Part shown: positions 47,201-60,037 of the stretch, in pieces
How positions within the stretch are numbered: position 1 is the stretch's first letter
Layout of the letters: each line of letters starts with the position of its first letter
DNA from: Antedon mediterranea
Taxonomy: Eukaryota; Animalia; Echinodermata
DNA: 64,000 nt
Assembly: GCF_964355755.1 (NCBI RefSeq)
Contig: NC_092679.1
Span: forward strand, 19,513,432 to 19,577,431
Direction: 5' to 3'
Position numbers and translations under genes: made by a program
Notes under the pieces: generated by a model
The model's input: only the letters and a program-made list of their open reading frames with translations
Told to the model about the DNA's origin: nothing
The model's database searches: none

Positions 47201-50200
47201 CAGTATCCACTGTTCGCACCATGATTTGTCTTGCACCATGCTCCAACGAGTGCACCAAATGAATTACAATCCTGGTATCTGCTTCTTCTTGTGTTGAGTT
47301 ACTCATGTTGTTTCCTTTAGATATGACTGATGTACCCTTTGTTATGTACACATTCTTGTTGTCTGTAAATGATTGTTGTTCAACTAACTCAGACAAATAT
47401 AGGAATAGTTCCTCTTTGTTTTTGGAATTAAGAAGGAAGTCTTTCCACTTGACAGGTGTCTTGGTTTTTGGTTCTACTTTTAAGCGTACACCTTTACCTC
47501 TCTTCTCTCTAGTAGATTCTTTAATGCTTGATGAAATATATCTATCCCACACAACATTTCGAAATGTTGTAGAAGGATTTCTTTCAAGCGCGTTTTATTA
47601 AATGATATATTCTCTCCAAATTGATGAAGACGATCTTCAAACCAAGAATGTAAATGTGATAATTGAAATAACAATGTTCCCTCTTCTACTAATCCCTCTA
47701 CATAAGAAACCAATTCTGCAAACACTCTGCCTTTCACACGATCTCTTTCTGTTTTAGAAAAAGACAAAGTATTGCTTTGATGTTTTCTATATCGATTTCT
47801 AAATTGCGTCAAACAATCCATGTGGTATTTTGCTGCAATAGCTACTAAATCACCATTCGAAATAGTAGCAAGAAGATCAAAATCATTCATTTCTGTCGCC
47901 ATTCTTCGAAGTATTTTTGTCAGTGACACCTTTGAGTATTCATGAAGCTTTTGAAATGTATCTTTTTTGCAGAAAATACAGTTATTTCTGCTAGGACTTG
48001 CAACTTTCTGTCTTTTTGAAGACCGCTCTTTCGTATCTATGTTTTCTTTTACTTGATGTTTTCTTAACCTTTCCAGCTTAGTGTTGTTGAACTTCAAATG
48101 GCAAGAATGATGCCACGAGGCACCGTTTTTAATAAAAGCCTCCGGTGTACCATGGTCTCCATATTCTAATGAAAGTGGTGAAGCTTGTAGTTGCTTAAAG
48201 CCGTCTACATTGTTTAAAAACGCTTCGTACACACATCTAGCATTAATGTTTCCTCGTTTTTGTGAACACCTTAAACTTTCCGATGTAGCAGACTGGCATC
48301 TTGACCAGTCCATTGTAAGTGTTTACTTACACCTAGTCTAGTCATAGGGCTAGTGTCTCGAACATAAATTCTGTGAAATATATAGAGTAAACTTAAACAA
48401 ATAACAATCCTGATAGTTAAAAAATAAATATGAATGTTTTTCTTTTATTCATTTTCTATCATTCATGTTTTAACCAAAATACGTGTAAGAAGCAATTCCT
48501 GTACCTATTGGTCCTAAACCTATAGCCTACATCAATTATTTAAAGTTATTAAAAAAAATTGTAATTATTTAAATTATTTAAAGTTAAATTTAATAATGAT
48601 GTGTAATTGCAATATAATTTTTCACAAAACTACACTTGGGACTCCCTGTAACTAAGCATTTGCTAGGCCTATGAGAGGCATCCGCTTTGCATTGCCACAG
48701 TCGTTTTCGCCGTGGAGGTATGCCTAGCAACGAGCCTGTGTTAGCCTAGCCTAATTGATAATCAATTTAAATGCTTAAAAGAAACAAGAAAGTAAATTAA
48801 TGGTAACCTAATGCTTTAAAGTGGTAAATCAATATATATATATTTAATAAAAACACTTGTTTGAAATCAACAACTGCTTTATAAGCATAAAAATACTTAC
48901 CACTTGGCAATTATCCACCTGTCAACACGTTTGACTTCATAAACTTTTAGCCAATCAGAATGCCGGATTTTATGAATACTCATTTTGGAGGGAAATCTTT
49001 GTCTAGGTAATACTATAGTAATTGATTGTATATAAAAGGGGTTCTATGGACCTTAAATAATGAAATCATTGTTATTATTAGTATTTATTATTCTCAAATA
49101 GAAACTATTATAACAAATATTGTGATTTATTTTAACTGGTCTTTGGAACGTTAAAAAATAGATTATGTCGAAAAGGCACTGCTTCTCTATAACACTGAAG
49201 TTAGTTGTAGTGATATAAAACAAAATTTAAGTCAAAAGTTAATATAATTACTTCTGGTCAATTGACAAATTCAGTCATTACCTTAATTAATACAAAAATA
49301 TACATTTTTGACAATTTAAGCCCAATATTTTGATGTTATGCGCATTCGGTAACGAAATTTGAGGTTATCGGGTCAAAGGTCAATATTATGATTTCCAGTC
49401 ACTTTTGGGGAAAATAGTTCGTTAGACCAAATACTAACATGTATATTGTGAATATTTTAAGACCAACCTCATGTTTCTACTGTCAGTAGTTATCGAGATA
49501 TGACCATACTAGGGTCAAAGGTCACAATTCCGGAAATGATGATTCCGGCCATTTTCTAATAAAATGTTGTATTAGAGTGAATAGAAACATATGTGTTCTA
49601 AGCAATTTAACACTAAAATGAACTCTGTACCCCTACCGGTTACTAAGATATGGACCATCATTTTGTTTTGGCGGCCATTTTGAAAATACTCCAAATATGG
49701 TCATAAAATACATTTTTTTTCTTGGCTACAGTGATTTTTTTAATCTGTATGTCCAAGTGAACATATGTGCAAAATTTGAAAACTTTGTCATCCGTGTAAC
49801 GTTTTTGACCATTTTTTCCCTTAAGGCACCCCACTATAAGGGGAAACTTTACCATGAAAATGTTAACAATATGACCACCCCTTATTTAAGTGGATACTTG
49901 GCTGGTCATGAATTTGTTCCTTTATTTGTGTTTTCTACTGTATGCAACTGCAAATATGTTGGATAGCATTTTACCGTCTAAAGTAATGACTTAAGCTCTG
50001 TCTACACTATCAAACTAGTTTGACAAAAAAAGTTTGATGTGCCCAAATATGGTAGTGATATGATATCATCATGTATATATGGGCACATATAGTTTTATAG
50101 TGTAGACAGAGCCTTAGACATCTTGTATTTAAATCCAACAATAATAATGGCCAATTTATCTATTGTTGATCCTTTAATTATCATTATCTTAATTATACAT

Positions 50201-53200
50201 AAAAGAAGTGTGTTTGTATGATTATTTCTGTCATTATACATGGATTTGGACTATACTTTTAATAATCCTATTATTGGACAATGATAAGTATGTTTGCTAA
50301 TTGCAGGGTTTTTTCCCCTTTTATTTTTTCCCAATTAAAAACAGAAACTTACAAAACAGATGGAGTATTAAGTTAATATATTCCTCCATACACAAAGTAA
50401 TTGTTATTACAGGATTTTATATTTCTTATTTAATAGACAGTAATAATGTTATTTGATCATTAGTAAGGAAAATCAAACAGCTATAGATAATAGTATCATG
50501 TATATTATTAATCCAAAGGCAAATTACTGGGGAAAAAATGACAATGCTATGGGTATCAGTGTCTGGATTTTAATAGAGATACAAAATAAGCTCAAACCTA
50601 AATAAAAATGATATAATGTAAAACAGCCAGAAAAATGTGCAAAGCTTTTGGGCAACACTAGCCTTTATTTATTTTTGTTGTTGTCTGTGTGTCATGTCAG
50701 ATTAATTGGATATTCAAGATTATAACATTATTTAAAACAATAAGGAAATCATGAAATAATACTAAATAGTAATAACAAATTTTAAAAACATGTTTACTTC
50801 TTTTGGAGTCTTATTGCTGAAAAACACCATTATTTACAAAGGTAACGTGTCGAGAAGTATTCTAGTGGGAACAATACAAGTGATAATGGGGTACGTAACA
50901 CCTCTCTCTATTCCAATCAAGACACAGTACTTCAAACAATACCTCTGTAAATAACAATAGAAACAGGTGAATCAATGGGCTACCTTAGGTAATCAATGGC
51001 CCACAAGTATTGATCTGTCCACTCATCTTAAACAATTAGCAATCTCCATTGCAGGTAGCCAATTTGCCCTCCCCTTATCTATTGTATAACTTATTGATTT
51101 CCGACTTTTCTCCAGCAAAACAACACATATTTTGTGTCTTGTTTTTTCCCATCTCTATTCTTCTGGGTACAATCTTCCCTCCTTGAAGACAGTTAGGGTA
51201 TTAATTGAAGTTGGACCCATAGAGGATTAGTCAAGTTACCCTTTATAGTAAATTCAAGTAGAACATTAGATTTGAGCAGATTAATTGATTGGATTGGGTA
51301 TCAGATAGATTAATTTAGGAAATAACTTTCAGTATTTGATGTGATTGATAGATTATTGGTTTATTAGTTAACAACTGTACTTTGCTTATCAATCCCAGGG
51401 TTCTTGGTCCAGATACTTCCAAGTTCTATGATTACTCTGATGGCCAATGTAGCACCAATATCTACTGTATAGCCTCATACTCTCAATAAACTCAATAGTG
51501 GAGGAGGTTGTTTCTGTTGGTTGGTTTAAACAATAAAAAATAATTTCTTTTCCCACTCAGATTTCTATAATAGTTTTGTTTATATACAGTATGCATCATT
51601 TATGACTAAATACACTCGTAAATAAATATATGTATTAATGTGCTTTAGATTGAAAAAAAAATCTGGATTTGGCCACCCTAACCAGCATATTTATAACCTT
51701 TTATTTTCTAACAAGGCCATACACATGGCTGCAGTCCCGTGCTCAAATTTGAGTTAGTGTTTACCAACCAACCGACCGACAGAGTGAGCTATAGAGTCGA
51801 CTTTTGCACACGGCTTAATACAGGACTATATGTAAAACATCTATACCTGTTTTTATCTTGTATAAATATGTTGTAAATTAATCAAATAAAATATTTATAC
51901 AGTGGATACTTTGTTTGGTCCCCTGAATAGAATTGCTGTACTACACTGCCCTTAGCTCATTTCTGATTAGGGGTGAGTTGTTCTGCTGTAGTTATAATGC
52001 ATGTATTCCTACCATAGATAGATACTTGATATGACTCACTACTACTAGCTGTTGATTCGTCTATTTGTTTTTTAAATATTTTTATATAGTTTATTTTATA
52101 TCATTGTTGTTACTTTGGGAGTACGGAACCTGAACTCTTGTTATAGTGATTAGGTTCACTTTTAGGTTCCTGCCTACTCCCTTAGTTTCTGTGTTTTGTT
52201 TGTTTGTAACTGGTTTTTGGCAATAAATAATAATAATAATAATAAGTATTATGTGTCCATTTTTGTTTAGTTGAATGTACAAGAAATATGTTTGAAACCA
52301 AATACAAAAATTGTTATTAGTAATGTATTATTATTGTTTGATTTTCTGTTCATGTATCATATGTATTATTAATAGGGACCCTCATAAGACAAGCTTTTGC
52401 CTCTAATCTGATTCCCAGTTGTTCTTAACTGACTAAATGTGGAATAAATAATATTTTTTTTTAAATAAAATTTTGAAACTAATAATAATGAGGTGCATCA
52501 TTCCATTTTTCTATACAATTAATTTATGAAAAATTATTATTGAATTTCAAAACATTTATAATAATTCTGTCAGAATGTATCATGGATGCATTTTACAGTA
52601 ACCTGTTATTTTGGTTTCACTTAGTCAAGAAATTTAAAGGTACATTTTACTGGTCTATTGTTTGTAACTTGAGTGGCGTTACTATTGTACAGAATAATAA
52701 AACATCACTTTCAGTTGATGTTGTTCTAGAATAGATACATTGTATAGAACTGACTTTCCATGTTGTACTAAACTAGTCCTGTTATGAATACCGGACTAGT
52801 AGCCCATTCACGCTTTCCCTGACCTGGGAATTTTAAACAATTCAGTTTGATTTTGTACCTTAATGAAGCAACGGAAGAAACTCCTTTTTCAATAAGTTCT
52901 TAAACCCCCTTTTGTTATATTGTTTCTTTTAATTTAAAAGTAAATCTTTAGAAAACTCTTTGCCATGTTCTTCATTATTAGTAAGAAACAACTGACTATC
53001 TCGTCCATTCATGATGTCTGGCTTTCCATAGTGATTGCCTCTTTTCAAGCGGCAGAGGTTTTAATCTTCAAAGGCCGAGTTAATTAGTAAGGTATTATTA
53101 AGATTTGAGGTGGACGTTTTTTGGCACAGATACCCACGGAGTACTTAGCTTTTAATAGTGTATGGTACAATAGGTAGTCTCCAGCCATTCAATTTAGACA

Positions 53201-56200
53201 GTCTCCACATTTGGTTAATTAGTAAAGTTGCTTCATAGCCGTTTTACGGTAGCGTATCCAGGGTAGAAGATTGCGATGTAGTAGACAGGTACAGAACATA
53301 ACAACTCCTTCCTATAGTGTTCGTCAAAATACTAGATGTAGTCAGAAAATATACTGTAGCATACCAACTAAAACAACAATTTCTCAACATTAAAGATATA
53401 GTGTTCCCCTAAAAAAATAATTGTTCACAATTTTTTTGTTGAATATTAAATTTTAATGTCATAATAGTTATTCACTTTGGCCAAAAATGGTATCGAAAAA
53501 AAATATTTACCTGAAAAAACTGTAATTTAAAGCAAAAAATGTCAAATTGTCTGTCAGAAAATTGGTTTTTGGTTGAATTTAACCATTTATTTTGTTACGG
53601 TTTGATTATTTATTATATGGAAGTGATTACATGGAAAAAGTGAAGTGATTCTTTTTTTAAATAAGTTAGCTAATAATAATTTTTTTCATTCATACATGAT
53701 TTTTATTAATTCATAAAATAGTCATTCTATTTTTGTTTAAATATTTTTTAAGAGCGCCCTCAATTGTCCGTTTTTGCATAACTTTTCAACTTTTCAAGAA
53801 TTGTTTTGTTTGAAATCCTATTATAAATTTGGATTTGTTTAAAGGTTTATTTCTTCATATTTGAAATTTATAAATCAACCTCATATACTAGTTGCTTAAA
53901 GCAGATGTTCCAAAGAGAAATTGGTTAAAACACTCATTTTATATTGCTGGATTAAACATCATTTGTTCATAATTAATAAGCATATAATTATGTATGTATT
54001 ACTTGTTGTTAATATTAATCATTTTAGTAGCTAATGATCAGGGTTGTGTAAACGTATCCCGTTGACCAATAGCAGGTGACAAGCATATGTTAGCCTAATC
54101 TCCGTCCAGACTCCGTTTTCATTTTGCGAACAATGATATTGGAAAATCTTTTGTAAAAGTGGAAATGTAGTTTGGTGTTTTGCTTAATAATCAGAGTCTT
54201 TGGATCAAATTGTAGCTCTGTCGAGTACCAGGATTTTTTTTATTGGCACATCAATTTTACCAAACCCTTCCTTTGGGACACTGTGACCTCTAATCTGTAG
54301 ACACCTATTTTTTTCGACATAAATGACTCTAAAGTTCGTTTAGATCCAGAGAAACCTATTAACTATTAATATTACATGTTAGCGCTCTCCTGTTTAAAAA
54401 AAATCCTGACTGGCTCCTTAGAAAGTCAGACATGGGCTTAATAATTAGTGAGGCTAAAGCTCTATCACACAGTACACTATCAAGCTAGTTTGACAAAAAA
54501 GTGTGATGTGCCCAAATATGGTAGTGAAATGACATCATCATGCCCATATTACTAACTATGTGCACATTACATATTTTTTTCACATAAAGTTTGATAGTGT
54601 AGACTGAGCTTTACAATAAAGTCAGTTTGTTTGTTAGTTCACCATCTTATTCAGCAAAGCATGCTGAATATTGTGCCGTTCTGCCATCAGCGTAGGAGGT
54701 CAAACTCAGAAAAAGTACCTTAGTCTTTTTCTTTAATGAGGATTAGGCCTTTGACAGTATTTACAAACCCCCTAGCATTTTACCAAATTCAAAAGGTACA
54801 GAAACAAGTTGTATTGAAAATTGGCACCTTACACAAAGCTTCAAACCAACACGCAAGACAAGTGCCTATGTCTGTTCACTTCCGAGAGGTGTCGAAAGAA
54901 AAAGAAACCCCCGGGTGGTTGCGGTGTAGTTTAAAAGACAAATTGTATCGCATTTTATGTACTTTATGTACTTAGATTGAATTTTGTGTACGATCTGCTT
55001 GTGTCTCGATTTTATGTATTTAATTTAATCGCCATTTATCATTATCACTATTATTTTTATCACTATTTATCATATTAAAATTAAATTGCTAAATATTATC
55101 ACTCTACAGGTATCGCTATTATCATTGTCATCACTATTATGATTATCATCATTATTGTCCTTATCATCACTGTTATCATTATCATCAAATTATCATTATC
55201 ATCACTCTTATCATTATCATCACTATTATCATTATCATCACTATTATCATTATCATCACTATTATCATTATCATCACTCCTATCATTATCATCACTCCTA
55301 TCATTATCATCACTATTATCATTATCATCATTATTATCATTATCATCACTATTATCATTATCATCACTATCATCATTATCATCACTATTATCATTATCAT
55401 CGCTATCATCATTATCATCACTATCATCATTATCATCACTATCATCATTATCACTATTATCATTATCACTATTATCATTATCACTATTATCATTATCATC
55501 ACTATCATCATTATCATCACTATTATCATTATCATCACTATTATCATTATCATCACTATTATCATCATAACTATTATCATCATAACTATTATCATTATCA
55601 TCACTATTATCATTATCATCACTATTATCATTATCACTATTATCATTATCATCAGTATTATCATTATCACTATTATCATTATCACTATTATCATTATCAT
55701 CACTATTATCATTATCATCAGTATTATCATTATCACTATTATCATTATCATCACTATTATCATTATCACTATTATTATTATCATCACTATTTACAGGTAT
55801 CAACACTACCACCATCACTATTAATTATCATTATCACCATCAACAGAATCATCATTGTTATATTATATGTATTTATTGGTCTTTGATATCAGTGAGTATC
55901 TTTAGTGGTGCAAGCAACCAAAATAAAATCAATAAATGAGGTAAATAAAACACAAAACCTAAATAACAAAGCTACCCTGTACATGGATGAATGAAATAAA
56001 TAAAAAGATCATTAAAGTAAAAGGTCCAACAACTATCAAACCTAAGCTATTGTATTCTAAAAACCAAGACATTTCCACCGAATTATTATTATTTTATAAC
56101 AAATAAAAAGACAAATTGTATTATTGTACTTAAATTGAGTTTACATACTTAACTTACTCAAGTTCAATTTGTTGTATTAAAATCTTATTGGCATAAGCAG

Positions 56201-59200
56201 ACTAATCCTCCGTTTAGTATCAACCGCAACACCGGCATTTAAATCCAACTCATAGGTGTTAAACATTTATTACTTAATACCGTATTAATGGGCGCGAATT
56301 TATTTCCAAATGGGTATAAATTTGGCAAACAATTTGAATAAATTGGATCAGATTAAGGCTTAAATAGGTCGCTAATCTATCGCCTCATGGATGCTGACTT
56401 TCTACCTTACCTGGGTACCCTTAATCTGCCTCTGTAATGGTGTTATACCTCTAAGGGCTAGACTTTATAAACCACTTAACTTTAAAAGAATATTAAAGTT
56501 AACTTTTTGTTTTAAGCCTCTTACTGTACATTAGTTTCAGTATTGAATTATATGTTGTAAGTTAAATTCTGTTGTAAGCGGGTTTGTGGTTCTGTCTGGG
56601 ATTTGATAATGTAGTTTTTTTAAATATTGTGTTTGCCACGGGACATATATCATCAAATATTAAAGTTAACTTTTTGGTTATTTAAGCTGCTTAAATTATT
56701 TTCTTATTATTTGATTAAATATGTGGTAAAGAAATATACATTCTGTTGTAAGTGGTTTGGTCAATTTTATTATTAAATAAATAAATAAATAATTAACTAC
56801 AAATTATTTAAGATTCTTTTGTCCAATGACGTTGATGTGGCTATAGTATGAGTTATAGACAGGGAATAATTTCGCCAGTGTAGCATAGCAAAAAGCTATA
56901 CAAAACAACCTTTTTGCTACACATTTCTACAATTGTGTAGCAAAAAATACAATACAAAACTATGTTTCTTGACTAAAAAATCAGTTTGATTAGCAATTTT
57001 GCTAAACAAAATTTTCAAATGAAATTTTTCCCTGATAGATACTAGAAGAATATTTTGTAAATAAAATGAGAGATAAAATAAGTAGAAATTTCAATAATAA
57101 ATCTCAGTATATACGCGGTACTCGGTAAAGCCTTGTCTACACTATCAAACGTGATGTGAAAAAAAATGGGGGGTTGTGCCCATATATGGACATGATGATG
57201 TCATATCACTACCATATTTGGGTATATCACTACCATATTTGAGCACATCACACTTTTTTGTCAAACTAGTTTGATAGTGTAAACAGAGCTTAAGGGAGTA
57301 AGACTTTAGAGTAGGAATTTAGTTCCCTTTTAACCTTCCTGCCACCTACTTTGTAATTGTATGATGTTTTTGGAAATAAAGAATAAGATTAAGAATATCA
57401 TATCATTTATTTTGGCAAAAAAATAAAATATAAGATATTTAAAGATATTTAAAAATACATTTTTTGGGGGAAAAAAGGTTTAAAATGGAGTTATTATTAT
57501 TAGCTTTTTTTTGCTATTTTATTTGTAATCTCGTTTGTCTTTTTTTAAGCAATTTGCATTGGATTTATAGTTAAAATGATTATACTTTTATTTTGTCGAA
57601 AAATGTTTTATTAGAGTTTTACTTCTATTTATTCTAACTGTTGAAGGTTGTTGTACTATTTTATCAGCATTTTTATTATCAAACTTATCAATAATTGTTG
57701 GTGTATGCTCTAACCATGATCATATCTCCACAAACAAAATTGAAAATTGACGTTGGTATTGGCATTGCCCAGCGGCGCTTTGTTTTGTTACCTCATATCA
57801 AAGAGTTTTGTTAATATTAGGTTGTCTTTTCATTCCAAGGAAAATAGAGTTTCCTGTTTTTTGTAGATAGATAAAATCATTTTAAACCTGTAAAAAATAT
57901 TTATTATTGACAGTTGATGAGTGAAATTGTTAGAATTGTTTTTCTTTCTTCATAGGCAACCAAATAAATTAACTGTGGTGTGGACAAGAAGAGGCAGAAA
58001 GAAACCTACAAAGGTATGTTTTTGTTGAAGTTATGAAAAATAGTTAAGAATCATAAAACAACACTAAAGTAATAACAATGAAAATGAGGTGTTCAATTAC
58101 AACTGCTGTACACTTACAGTATAATAAACACTATAATATCCATAAAAACTTTTACACAATAAAAAAAAATCAATATAATAATTATTTTAATCATTATTTC
58201 TAAAATCGATTAATTAAGAAAAAACATTCTACTCATCATCCCATGCATAATGTATTTGAGGTGTTACGTAGTGGTAGACGTTACCATCATCCATCATCTC
58301 TCGTACAAATAGGTTTTGTAACGGCTTTTATCCAGCCGTCATTCACACACTGAATACTTGTCAGTATACCGTACGAGAGTGCTGTGACACTTTGTAATTG
58401 TTTTTGTTAGTTTTTCATTCATCTGTTTTTGTATATCTCAGAGCAAACATAATTTCTATGTATATTTTATATGCAAATGACAATAAATGGACGTAATTTT
58501 CCACTGATGAATGAATGAAAAACATTTTCTTTTTCTTTCAGTTACATCAATGGGTGCCTGGTATCAAAGACCCATACAGGGGGTCTATTGTCTGGACAGT
58601 ACCTGAAAATGTAGAAATTTCTGTTACACTATTTAAGGTGATTATATTATATATTTCACGTTTTTTCCTTTTTCTGTTTTGTGTGATTACAAATAAACAA
58701 GTAACAACAACATATTAATTTAAATATTTTAAATGTCGGGACAGTACCTGAAAATGTAGACATTTCTGTTACTCTATTTAAGGTGATTATATATTTCATG
58801 CTTTTTACATTTTTCTGTTTTGTGTGATTACAAATTCTTAATAAACAAGCAAAAACAACAAATTATTTTAAATGTTTTAAATGTCTGGACATTACCTGAA
58901 AATGTATAAATTACTGTTGCTCTATTTAAGGTGGTTATATATTTTACCCTTTTAACATTTTGCTGTTTTGTGTGATTTACATACAAAAAAATTGTTTGAA
59001 ATGTTTTTAAAGGAAAATCGACCTGATGCAGAATTTGAAGATAAAGAATGGACCTTTGTCATAGAAGATGTAAGTTGACAGTAAATTTAAACAATTTCCT
59101 TTATCCTAAATTAATTATCAATTATCCAACTTAATTTTACCTTCCTGAGAGTAAAGCACTTTGATATCATTAAACTTTGTTCACTATTTTAGGAGTCAAA

Positions 59201-60037
59201 GAAAGGCAAAAGGAGACCTCTTGCGCAAGCTACCGTAAACATGAAAGACTTTGCCACACTGCTTCCATCGCAAGAATTCAAAACCATTAAACTACGACCG
59301 ATAAACGGCAAGAGATGCGAGGAAGCAAGCATTAAGTTGACGATGTCGTGTATGTTAATTAAGGAGGGATCCGCAATGTAAGTCAATTTTATGTTCTTAT
59401 TTAATTAACCTTTCATCAATTTTCCTCCTAAACTTGCCTATTACAGGATGAATACACTATAAGTCATTTTAGACTTGGGAAGTAGATTAGAAAAAGTTGT
59501 GAGTTAAAGCCATGGCACTAGGTCAGGATTAAACCCTGGACCCTGGCATTGGAAAACAAGAATGTTAAACACCAAGCTACAGAGCCACTTTATGTCCTGC
59601 AGAAACTTTTCTGCAGGACTGATACCCTAAAGCTCTGTCTACATTATCAAACTTGTGACAAAAACAAAATGTGATGTGCCCATATATGGACATGATGATG
59701 TCATATCACTACCATATTTAAGCATATCACTACTATATTTGGGCATGTCACTTTTTTTGTCAAACTAGTTTGATAGTGTAGACTGAGCTTAAGTCTATTT
59801 TTACTCCTTGTTATAGGGATGATGATATGCAGAGTTTAGCCAGTATATTGAGTTTTCATCAACCAGACATAGCGGACATGGCTGATTTTGATGATGAAGA
59901 CGATGATGACGATGAGATCACGGATAAAGAATCAGCGATGAAGATCTCTGAGATCGCCAACTCAATCAATCTGCTCTCGGAACTAGAAGATGAAAGTTTG
60001 AATCCTGTAGGGGATAGTGGTGATGAGTTTGGATCAG
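41240..60037 (+). CDS. EHBP1: EH domain-binding protein 1 family, N-terminal NT-C2 region (spliced; gene continues beyond window)
   Basis: Exons 41240-41343, 57956-58013, 58542-58637, 59013-59069, 59193-59377, 59817-60037 join in phase: MSSVWKRLQRVGKRAAKFKF..KKWQPNKLTVVWTRR..WVPGIKDPYRG..FEDKEWTFVIED..DMQSLAS, matching the EHBP1/EHBP1L1 N-terminus. Confidence 0.93.
41780..42480. repeat. ~15-bp minisatellite GTGACATTCTRTAAG
   Basis: About 45 variant units. Confidence 0.95.
43536..43731. repeat. 31-bp tandem repeat, ~6 copies
   Basis: TACAAATAATGAATGTTTATGAGTGGAATGG. Confidence 0.95.
43740..44070 (+). mobile_element. 5'-truncated L2/CR1-group LINE remnant
   Basis: With one frameshift translates PAYISQLI..RTLRSS..RSFSFAAPTLWNSLP..FKKLLKTYFF (typical L2/CR1 ORF2 C-terminus); (TAA)n tail. 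Confidence 0.85.
45358..49836 (-). mobile_element. Academ-like DNA transposon, internally deleted and non-autonomous
   Basis: TIRs 45358-45980 and 49204-49836, nearly identical apart from a ~10-bp indel; 5'-TAG...CTA-3' termini; 3-bp TSD TAA; encodes XPG/PIN-like nuclease and C-terminal Cys8 cluster as in AcademX. Confidence 0.88.
46371..48313 (-). pseudogene. Disrupted Academ protein: N-terminal part fused out of frame to XPG-like nuclease and Cys8 domain
   Basis: 48313-~47560 (CIFC, GDLVAIAAKYH); ~47555-46755 (WDRY, EEADTR, VDTD, HAFSGCDTTS); intron 46754-46646; last exon frameshifted after DALL, then KRAIYQ..ELIKCGCK..CKC..CTELCSCKC. No central transposase core seen. Confidence 0.85.
55035..55860. 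repeat. ATC/ATT microsatellite with 18-bp higher-order unit TCATTATCATCACTATTA
   Basis: Visible directly; produces low-complexity ORFs in four frames. Confidence 0.97.
57129..57290. mobile_element. MITE family A copy
   Basis: TIRs with TAA TSD on both sides. Confidence 0.85.
58590..59010 (+). repeat. ~146-bp tandem triplication of an EHBP1 exon end plus donor site
   Basis: GGACAGTACCTGAAAATGTA..CTATTTAAG|GTG at ~58594, ~58739, ~58887. Confidence 0.9.
59631..59789. mobile_element. MITE family A copy
   Basis: TIRs with TAA TSD; ends 27 bp before the exon at 59817. Confidence 0.85.

Noticed and set aside
55099-55886. Asp/Asn-rich 239-aa ORF resembling a biomineral protein
   Set aside because: Microsatellite open in four frames; intronic, with no convincing signal peptide or splice structure.
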